DNA of 24,000 bases, from the sequence record OM971648.1; one strand, written 5' to 3'. The notes beneath the pieces were generated by a model. The model had not been told where the DNA came from. It did not search any database and worked only from the letters and a program-made list of their open reading frames with translations. Position numbers and translations under genes: made by a program. Every line of letters starts with the position of its first letter. Positions within the stretch are counted from its first letter, which is position 1. Below, in pieces: positions 16,483 through 24,000 of the stretch. The DNA is from Klebsiella phage CPRSA.

Positions 16483-16770
16483 TGTCCCACAAAGTGTATG
16501 TTTCTATAGGTACACCGAGAGACAACGGCAAATCACGTCATACGCACCAGAATTCAAAACGATTTCTGTTGATATGAAGATTGACGGGGAGAAACCCTAT
16601 CATTTGCCGCTAAAGGAAACAACGGATCCGAGAGGTTGTGTCTTCTTTCTCCTACTCGTTTCTTACGCAACATTCAAGACGCGAGTAATTTAAAAATTGC
16701 TTTACCATACATCAACCATTATGATATTGTTGATGACGTAAAAGAATGGAACGTATCTCAAATGGGGTGA
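16482..16770 (+). CDS. hypothetical protein (multiple frameshifts)
   Basis: MSHKVYVSIG.. / YTERQRQITSYAPEFKTISVDMKIDGEKPYHLPLKE / SPTRFLRNIQDASNLKIALPYINHYDIVDDVKEWNVSQMG*; starts in a TAATG overlap. Confidence 0.45.
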
Positions 16771-16777
16771 AATTCAA

Positions 16778-17044
16778 ATGAGAAAAGCACGTAAAACTAA
16801 TGCAGTGTTGATGGTTAACGGTGAAGTAGGAAAACCTTGCACCAATTCTAAATTCATGCACATTGCAGGGCTTCCGGGCATGACGCTTAAAACGTCGTAT
16901 GATACCCATTACAACGAAGAAACTACTTCGGTATACATGGGAGAAGATCTAATGGCTGAACGCATCATGCAATGCATTCACTTCCCTGGTGAACGTCCTT
17001 CGATTGATTGTGTTATATTTTTGGCTACCATAAAGGTATTGTAA
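16778..17044 (+). CDS. hypothetical protein, 88 aa
   Basis: MRKARKTNAVLMVNGEVGKPCTNSKFMHIAGLPGMTLKTSYDTHYNEETTSVYMGEDLMAERIMQCIHFPGERPSIDCV... Confidence 0.55.
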   Translation: MRKARKTNAVLMVNGEVGKPCTNSKFMHIAGLPGMTLKTSYDTHYNEETTSVYMGEDLMAERIMQCIHFPGERPSIDCVIFLATIKVL

Positions 17045-17230
17045 ATGAATCTGTATAAAGAAAATGATCTATATGTTCCTACTTTTGGTCTACTCACTTA
17101 TAACAGTAGATTGGATGGATACGGGAAAGAATTTGATTTTGTAACAAGCGTTAAACGGCATTTGGAACGCAGCGGCGGTTTGTCTATTCCGCGCCAAATC
17201 CATTATGTTTGTAAAGAAGGGTGTTTTTGA
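17045..17230 (+). CDS. hypothetical protein, 61 aa
   Basis: MNLYKENDLYVPTFGLLTYNSRLDGYGKEFDFVTSVKRHLERSGGLSIPRQIHYVCKEGCF*. Confidence 0.5.
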   Translation: MNLYKENDLYVPTFGLLTYNSRLDGYGKEFDFVTSVKRHLERSGGLSIPRQIHYVCKEGCF

Positions 17231-17631
17231 ATGGTGTTCCTCATGTGATCCCTTTCAACGTGTTTGAAGGCTATTTTACGAAATATGTTGTTCAACACAC
17301 GGCTTCAACATCCGAGAATACCGCAACGCGAGAAGAAACGACGATCGTACTTGATAAGTTTTTCGAAATTGCACATAAAGTGAAGAAACGCACGAAGAGT
17401 GATGTGGTTCATCACCTATCAGCGGAAGTTGGCGAGATCAGCGAATGTCTCATTCAGCCCCAACGCGGCGGTAATATCGTTGAAGAAAGTATTGATGCGA
17501 TTGTGTGCGCGCACTTGATGTGATTTACCTGGAACTGGGTACTACTCACGGACGGTACGCAAATTGCAAAAATTATCAACGATACTCTTGCAGAAAAATT
17601 AGATAAGTGGTATCGTACTTGTAAACCTTGA
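17221..17631 (+). CDS. MazG-like nucleotide pyrophosphohydrolase-type protein (frameshifted)
   Basis: TIVLDKFFEIAHKVKKRTKSDVVHHLSAEVGEISECLIQPQRGGNIVEESIDAIVCA(L)DVIYLELG..DGTQIAKIINDTLAEKLDKWYRTCKP*; the LSAEVGEISE...EESIDAI helix pair and trailing KLDKW resemble the MazG fold. Confidence 0.65.
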
Positions 17632-17653
17632 GTTTACTTGTGAGGATTATATC

Positions 17654-18093
17654 ATGTTCGTATATCGTGTGGAATTTTCTTGTTCTTTCTGGAATGATTG
17701 TACAGAAAAATGGCAAACAAAAAGTGGCCCATATGTCAATCGTTATTTGTCGATGGATACCGCTGAATGGCTTGATCAATTCTGTATGAATCCTGATATC
17801 TATATTGATATGGATGATCACCGACATCCAGCGCGGATGACGATAATCGATTGATGCGCAACCTTGAAAAAGATAACATAGACTTTCAAGCGGCTGGGTT
17901 ATACTTTGGTTTTCAGTCAATACAGCGCCTTTCTCGTTGGTTCAATGCATATGAACGCGAGTACATGCACAATGTTGGTTTCGTCTGCATGGTATACGAA
18001 GTTGAAAAGTTGTATCCGGGCGCACGTCAATGTGTTTTTGACATAGACAAAGCCCGTTTAGTTAAGATGTTAAGTTTAAAAGAGATTTATTAA
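17654..18093 (+). CDS. hypothetical protein, about 146 aa (one frameshift)
   Basis: MFVYRVEFSCSFWNDCTEKWQTKSGPYVNRYLSMDTAEWLDQFCMNPDIYIDMDDHRHPA + DDDNRLMRNLEKDNIDFQAAGLYFGFQSIQRLSRWFNAYEREYMHNVGFVCMVYEVEKLYPGARQCVFDIDKARLVKMLSLKEIY*. Confidence 0.65.
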
Positions 18094-18257
18094 TGCCTAC
18101 CTATACCTATAAATGCACCAAGTGTAATAAAGAATTTCCAAAAATGGCAAGCATTGCTACCCGTGATGCACCGAAAGATTGTGATTGCGGAGGCGAAGCA
18201 AAACGAACGGTTGATAAACCTCAAATGGTTCGTGATGGTTTCCCTTATAACAAGTAA
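18093..18257 (+). CDS. zinc-ribbon (FmdB-like) small protein, 54 aa
   Basis: MPTYTYKCTKCNKEFPKMASIATRDAPKDCDCGGEAKRTVDKPQMVRDGFPYNK*; CxxC...CxC pattern; too short for the supplied ORF track; followed by a terminator. Confidence 0.75.
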   Translation: MPTYTYKCTKCNKEFPKMASIATRDAPKDCDCGGEAKRTVDKPQMVRDGFPYNK

Positions 18258-18280
18258 ACCCCGAAAGGGGTTTTCTTTTT
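18256..18280 (+). terminator. rho-independent terminator
   Basis: AAACCCC-GAAA-GGGGTTTTCTTTTT. Confidence 0.85.
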
Positions 18281-18292
18281 CATAGAACCCTA

Positions 18293-18298
18293 TATAAT
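18293..18298 (+). promoter_or_regulatory. putative -10 element (consensus TATAAT), weak -35
   Basis: TATAAT between the terminator and the topoisomerase start. Confidence 0.4.
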
Positions 18299-18324
18299 GT
18301 CAGTGATTAAACAAAGAGGTGAAT

Positions 18325-20222
18325 ATGAGTTTAGATTTTCTTCTGGCAGATGATGAACCAGAACAGAAACCACAACCAGCCAAAAAAGGCGCAAAGGTTG
18401 ACGAATCATTTTGTATGAGCGATCGCGATCATATTCGGTTGCGTCCAAATATGTACGTCGGATCGGTTAACAAAGAAGCGCATGAACGTTTCATAATGGG
18501 CCAATATCGCAAGGTTGAGTACGTGGAAGGGTTGGTTAAAATCATCAACGAAATCCTTGATAACTCGATTGATGAAGCGATCCGAACTGAATTCAAACAT
18601 GCTAATAAGATTGATGTAACCATTGATCATAATCTGGTTAAAATCTCTGATAATGGGCGCGGTATTCCCCAGGATGATGTAAAAACCCCAGACGGGAAAA
18701 TAGTTCCTAAACCAGTTGCTGCATGGACTATGGCAAAATCAGGTTCTAACTTCGATGATAAAAACCGCGTAACGATGGGTATGAATGGTGTTGGTTCTTT
18801 CCTGACAAACTGTTATAGCTCGATTTTTATTGGTGAGACTGCAAACGGGAAACGCAAAGTAACCATTAACTGTACTGACGGCGCACAGAACATCGATTAC
18901 CGAACCAGCCCAGTAAAGAACAGGGTACTACTGTTAAGTTTACTCCAGACTTCTCTATGTTTGGTGTAACTGGTATCGATGAAGAAACCAAAGAAGTGAT
19001 TAAGGATCGCTTAATGGCCCTTGCCGTTGCCTTCCCGTCTGTGAAATTCACGTATAACGGAGAAACGCTCTCTAATCGCTTCCCGCTGTACGCTTCCATG
19101 TATGGGGATAAAACCATTGTCCAGACAAATAATCGCCTCAGCTTCATTCTGGCGAGCACTGAGGACGGGTTTAAACAGAAATCCTTTGTTAACGGTCTGG
19201 ATACGAAAAATGGCGGTGTTCATGTTGAGTGTATGATCGATGGTATCTATTCTGAACTTGAACCGATGATCAAGAAAAAGCATAGTATCGAGATCCCGAA
19301 AGCACGTGTAAAAGAATGCTTAACTCTTGTGGTATTCCTGCATAACTTTAATGCACCTGCATTCGATAGCCAAACAAAAGAGCGATTGGCAAATACAGCA
19401 GGTGAGTTTAACAATCATGCGAATTTGAATTACAAAAAGATCGCAAAAATGATTATGGATACCCCAGAAATCATTACTCCAAATCATGAATCCGCACTGA
19501 TTCGTAAAACAAGCAGCAGAAGCCGCCGCAATCACCAAAGCGAAAAAGAAAGCGAAAAAGGCAAAGATTGCTAAACACGTTCCGGCTTCCGGTATCGATA
19601 CTCCAGGGATAGAAACAACATTGTTTCTGACAGAAGGTGATTCCGCTGTTGGTCAGTTCATCGAATGCCGTAACGAAGAAACACAAGGCGCTTTCCCGCT
19701 ACGTGGTAAGCCTCTGAATACATGGGGTATGAGTTTTACAGACATTATCAAAAACAAAGAACTGTTTGAGCTAATGGCTATCCTCAATATTCATCCTGGT
19801 GATACTTCCGGAATGACTTATGATAATATCGGTATCATGGTCGATGCTGACGTTGACGGTGGTGACATTTTAACCCTGTTGCTTGCATTCTTTAGCCGTT
19901 GGCCTTCTCTGTTTGCAGAAAAACGGATCCGATATATTCGAACCCAATCGTTATCGCTAAAGTTGGGCGCGAGGAAAAATGGTTCTATTCTCTTGATGAG
20001 TTTGCACCGTTCCGCGATAAAGCAAAAGATGTACGATATATCAAGGGGCTGGGTTCTTTACGCAAAGAAGATTACGACCGTGTTCTGGGTGATCAGTTGA
20101 AGTATGATGTCATTGTACTTGACGACGAATACAAAGAAGTGTTAGAACTATGCTTCGGCGACGAATCTGATCCGCGTAAAGATTGGGTTAATGGAAAACA
20201 CAAATTTTCTAAGGTTGACTAA
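18325..20222 (+). CDS. 39: Type II topoisomerase large subunit, T4 gp39+gp60 in one continuous homology span (frameshifted)
   Basis: ATPase motifs EILDNSIDEA, ISDNGRGIP, GMNGVGSFLTNCYS; TOPRIM TLFLTEGDSAVG and NIGIMVDADVDGG; gp60-like FFSRWPSLFAEKRIRYIRTPIVIAKVGREEKWFYSLDEF..VRYIKGLGSLRKEDYDRVL. Confidence 0.95.
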
Positions 20223-21506
20223 TGGAAAGAAGTATTAAAGATGTTGTACAGGTGGAAGGGCTAACGTTTGCCCTTTACACGATTTATTCACGTGCAATCC
20301 GCACCTGGCAGACGGGTTTAAACCCGTTCACCGTTTCTTTATTCACTCTGCTATGCAGGGCGGAACGGGATTTCAGAAAGTAGCTTCTATCGCTGGCGGT
20401 GTTGCTATGTATGGATATCACCACGGGAAACCTCTGTAGAAGAAGCGTTATCCCTTATGGCGGCGCACTGGTGCAATAACATTCCGTTATTCGACCGTGA
20501 TGGGTTTCTTTGGTTCCCGTTTGGTTAAGAAACCTGGCGCACCTCGTTACATCAAGTGTAAACTATCGCCAATATTCAAAGCAATTTATATGGATGGTGA
20601 TTTAACGCCAGTTCATGAAGATCCGGAACATGTACCGCCAGCGTACTATCTCCCGATTATTCCGATGGTACTGGTTAACGGGTTTAGCGGGATTGCAAAA
20701 GCATATGCAACAAACATTCCGCCTCATGATCCTAAATCGGTTGTTAACGGGTGCATGCATATCTGAATGATAAAGATTTCACTCTGGATCTGAAATATCC
20801 TTACTTTAAAGGTGAAATCACAGACGGTACGATTTACGGCACCTATGAACTGCAAGGTAAAACCAAATTGGTGATCACTGAATCCCAGTGAAATATGACC
20901 GTGTGAAATACATTGCAATCCTTGACAAGCTGGAAGAAAAAGGCGTTATCGTTAGCTACAAGGATCTATCGAAAGAAGATTTTCGGTATGAAGTAACGCT
21001 CAAGCGAGAGTATGCTAATGGGCTAACCCGTGAAAAGATCCTGAAAGATTTCGGCTTGATTGAAAAACTCAAACCCAAACATTAACGTTATCTTTGAGGG
21101 CAAACTATACTCATACGAACGCCCTGAAACGCTTCTAAAGGATTTCGTTGATATTCGTATGAATGTATATCAACAGCGTATCAATAAGCGTATCCAGGAA
21201 ACTAAGGAAGCGTTAGATAAAGCACTGGCAAAGGTTGCGTTTATTGCTCAAATGGTAGAATCTCCTGATTCTCTGCGTGGCCTTAGTCGCAGCGAAGCGG
21301 TTAAATTTGTGTCTATGTGGATAGGTTGCGAGAATCATGCCGAAATGTTAGTGGCTATGAACATCTACCATCTGAACCACGGACGAAAGAAAAAAGCTGG
21401 AAGACGAAGCCGAAGAATTGCGCAAACAATTGAAATACTGGGAAGAAACAACCCTAAAATTGAGTATCTCAATGATTTAAAAGAACTTTCTAAGAAGTTG
21501 AAATAA
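20222..21506 (+). CDS. 52: Type II topoisomerase medium subunit, T4 gp52-like (multiple frameshifts)
   Basis: EGLTFALYTIYSRAIPHLADGFKPVHRFFIHSAMQ.., VAMYGYHHG, NNIPLFDRDGFFGSRLVKKPGAPRYIKCKLSPIFKAIYMDGDLTPVHEDPEHVPPAYYLPIIPMVLVNGFSGIAKAYATNIPPHDPKSV, VKYIAILDKLEEKGVIVSYKDLSKEDFRYEVTLKRE. Confidence 0.94.
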
Positions 21507-21510
21507 TTAC

Positions 21511-21539
21511 AAAGCCTCTTGCAATGCAGGGGGCTTTTT
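21511..21539 (+). terminator. rho-independent terminator with the downstream -35 in its loop
   Basis: AAAGCCTC-TTGCAATGCA-GGGGGCTTTTT. Confidence 0.8.
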
Positions 21540-21547
21540 GCTATATT
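21519..21547 (+). promoter_or_regulatory. putative sigma70 promoter embedded in the terminator
   Basis: TTGCAA (21519-21524), 17 nt, TATATT (21542-21547), then AAGCAAAGGAG and the ATG. Confidence 0.65.
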
Positions 21548-21577
21548 GGTTTTGTACCAAGCAAAGGAGATTCTAAA

Positions 21578-22132
21578 ATGTTGAAAACTCGTAGTGCAAT
21601 GGAAGTAACCCACTGGGCGCGTACCATGATGGAAAAACACGGTTTGATCAGTAATGGTTGGACATTCCGGATCAATGGACGCATTACAAAAACTCTGGGC
21701 CGTTGCAGTTATACCAAAAAACTGATCGAACTATCTGGTCGTCATGTTGAGGAAGATATCTACGAGGATATTTTAGACACTCTTTTACACGAAATCGCTC
21801 ATGCTCTTGTCGGGCGCGGTTATGAACATGGTAAAGTGTGGCAAGCTATGGCCTTGCGCCTGGGTGCTAAACCTTCACCAAGTAAAACAACTACAAAGGA
21901 TGCTAATCTAGTTGATAAGAACGAGATCCTTTATTGTTTGTTCATGAAAGATTATCAAGGCCGTGAAGTCTATCAGGCTAAAGCTGATAAGAAGTTTTAC
22001 AACGATGTGATGAACGGTGTTAAGGATATGAAAAACATTTGGATCAGCGGGCGCAAGGCATATACAAAAGGCCGTCTGTATATCCGTCCAGTAACCCATG
22101 AAGAACTTGCATACATTCGCAAAGAGGGGTAA
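21578..22132 (+). CDS. SprT-like zinc metallopeptidase
   Basis: YEDILDTLLHEIAHALVGRGYEHGKVWQAMALRLGAKP: HExxH with downstream HG..W, typical of the SprT/WLM class; frame intact. Confidence 0.85.
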   Translation: MLKTRSAMEVTHWARTMMEKHGLISNGWTFRINGRITKTLGRCSYTKKLIELSGRHVEEDIYEDILDTLLHEIAHALVGRGYEHGKVWQAMALRLGAKPSPSKTTTKDANLVDKNEILYCLFMKDYQGREVYQAKADKKFYNDVMNGVKDMKNIWISGRKAYTKGRLYIRPVTHEELAYIRKEG

Positions 22133-22135
22133 CGT

Positions 22136-22372
22136 ATGACACGTTATAATGCGCCTAAGTTGGGAAAATATCTGACCATATTCGGATTTTGTGCGTTCTT
22201 TTCTGTCATTATCGGGGCTATCGTGTGGGGTATCCTTGATATGAAGAAACAGCAGGTCAAGGAAGAAAAATTGGTAAAATTCCTTGACACCTATTGTGAA
22301 GTAGTAGAATATGGTCTGAACAAAAAGCCAACGAAGTACTCTTGTGACCAAGTTATTTTTAATGTTAAGTGA
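22136..22372 (+). CDS. small membrane protein, 78 aa
   Basis: MTRYNAPKLGKYLTIFGFCAFFSVIIGAIVWGILDMKKQQVKEEKLVKFLDTYCEVVEYGLNKK...; one TM segment. Confidence 0.65.
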   Translation: MTRYNAPKLGKYLTIFGFCAFFSVIIGAIVWGILDMKKQQVKEEKLVKFLDTYCEVVEYGLNKKPTKYSCDQVIFNVK

Positions 22373-22382
22373 GAAATAAACA

Positions 22383-24000
22383 ATGAAATTACGCGAAGAT
22401 ACACCGCAAACCATCTACCGTGTTGGTACAGATACCAGCAAGGGACGAAACAAACTATCTCTACGCGCAAACAAGAAAGCGTATAAGATCCTTTCTTCGA
22501 CAGTATACAAATACAAGATCCGCGCAATCATTCGCGAACTGTCTTGTAATGCGATTGATGGACACAAAGAAGCGGGAAATCAGAACCCGTTTGATGTCCA
22601 GTTGCCAACTGCTGTTGATCCTCGTTTTGTTATTCGTGACTACGGGATCGGTATGTCTCCTGATTTCGTTAGTGATGCGTTTACCGTTTACTTCGAATCA
22701 ACTAAAAATGATTCAAACGACCTGATCGGTTCTATGGGTTTGGGTTGCAAATCTCCTCTTTGCTATTCCGATGCTTTCACGGTGGAATCTGTAAAAGACG
22801 GTATCAAATGCGGTTACACAATCTATATGGATGATGGGGAACCGTTCTGCGATTCCTCTGTATGAGATTGAAAGCGATGAACCTAACGGGTTACTATCAC
22901 CGTTCCGGTTAAGGTTGAAGATATCAAAGAATGGGAAAACGAAGCAGCAAGGGTATACGAATCATTTACTGATATTCGTCCTAACTTTGTTGGTGCTTCT
23001 ATTCTTCAAAATCAACTATCAGCCGAAAGAAGCAACCAACGATAGCGGGGTGATCCGTCATAAATCAGCATACACTAGCGGTGTATATGCTCGCATGGGT
23101 AACATCATTTATCCTCTGGATAAAGATTTGTATGATACCTCGATGTTCTATTGCTATACAGAAAGCCAGTATACGTATATTATTGACTTCCCAATCGGTG
23201 AACTTGATTTCATGCCTTCTCGCGAAGAGTTGAGTATGGATAAAATGACAGTAGGGATTGTTAAAGAACGTCTGAAACAAATCAGCCGGGTATATTTCAA
23301 TCGAGTTAAATCAGAATTCGATAAGTTACAAACCGTGCGTGATAAACTGACGTGGTTCCATTCTCTGCCTTCAATGGTACACAAAACTTTGTTGGTAAAG
23401 ATGCTAATTTTCGCATCAATGGTGATTCTATTGGCTGGATCCATAGCGAACTAGTCAAACCAAACAAATATAATGATGATTATATTGCTGGGTATTGGGC
23501 GAACGAATACGACGGTAAAGATGCATGGTATCAGGTAACGGGTAGCGGAGGCCGCTGGAGCAAGTATAAGCCAGAAACAACCAAACGCCAGGACATCACA
23601 CGCATTTATTATCCGTGGAAACAGAAGAAACTCATTCTGTTAAAAGTGGATACCAACACGGTTAAACCGTATATCGTCGGGTATGCAAAAAATGCATAAC
23701 CTAAGCCGTGTTAGCTTTGTTGCATATTACGATAGTGATTCAAAGCGTGAGATTGTTAATGATATCGTTCGGAAAGGTCATTTTGATGAATCGGAAATTG
23801 TGTATCTCCGTACCAGTGAAATGACAAAAGAAAAGAGATCTATGATGCAGATCGCGAAAAATCAAAAGCGCTATATGCACCGAAAAATTCAGAACCGCGC
23901 CCAAAAACCCCGACCGTATATCGTTATGAGTTGGATAGTAACGGCAATCTGGCAAAACTTCTCTGTTTATGACAAAATCAGAGTTTTTATCACTGGATAA
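22383..24000 (+). CDS. rIIA: rIIA-like GHKL ATPase-fold protein, runs past the window end (frameshifted)
   Basis: AYKILSSTVYKYKIRAIIRELSCNAIDGHKEAGNQNPFDVQLPTAVDPRFVIRDYGIGMSPDFVSDAFTVYFESTKNDSNDLIGSMGLGCKSPLCYSDAFTV, then a VEDIKEWENEAARVYESF segment; collinear with the T4 rIIA N-terminus. Confidence 0.9.

Noticed and set aside
1-24000. Numerous antisense ORFs in the supplied track (for example 1471-1776, 5752-6099, 8430-8741, 22408-22414 region, 22291-22527)
   Set aside because: All lie opposite confidently assigned + strand genes, have no convincing ribosome binding sites, and their translations show no recognisable domains; they look like shadow ORFs.
1-24000. CRISPR array, toxin-antitoxin, retron or transposon
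   Set aside because: No regularly spaced direct repeats, no reverse transcriptase or transposase motifs, and no long inverted repeats were visible; the repeats seen are short regulatory elements.

Overview
This 24 kb window looks like the DNA replication/recombination block of a T4-related myovirus, with almost everything on the + strand. From known T4/RB69 protein families I can read: family B DNA polymerase (gp43), UvsX recombinase, gp41 DnaB-type helicase, an N6-adenine methyltransferase, a DksA/TraR-like zinc finger protein, gp61 primase, gp56-like dCTP pyrophosphatase, Dda helicase, a small LysM protein, a MazG-like protein, a zinc-ribbon protein, type II topoisomerase large subunit (gp39 and gp60 parts fused), topoisomerase medium subunit (gp52), a SprT-like metallopeptidase, and a 3'-truncated rIIA-like ATPase. 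The dominant anomaly is that nearly every long gene is cut into 2-7 overlapping-frame pieces although the homology continues without gaps. Most breaks can be repaired by restoring one base in a short homopolymer. I read this as unpolished sequence with indels, not as real splitting, so the feature coordinates below are reconstructed spans that cross frameshifts. The most interesting non-coding signal is a set of sigma70-like promoters, several with a TTGCAT/TTGCAA/TTGACT -35 located inside the loop of an intergenic terminator hairpin. Two of them are followed by an identical 15-nt leader (CATCGAAACGAAACA), with a related leader at a third site. An accessory block of small genes between gp41 and gp61, and many orphan small membrane or soluble proteins, are the main candidates for new biology. 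I found no convincing novel multi-gene defence or mobile system.
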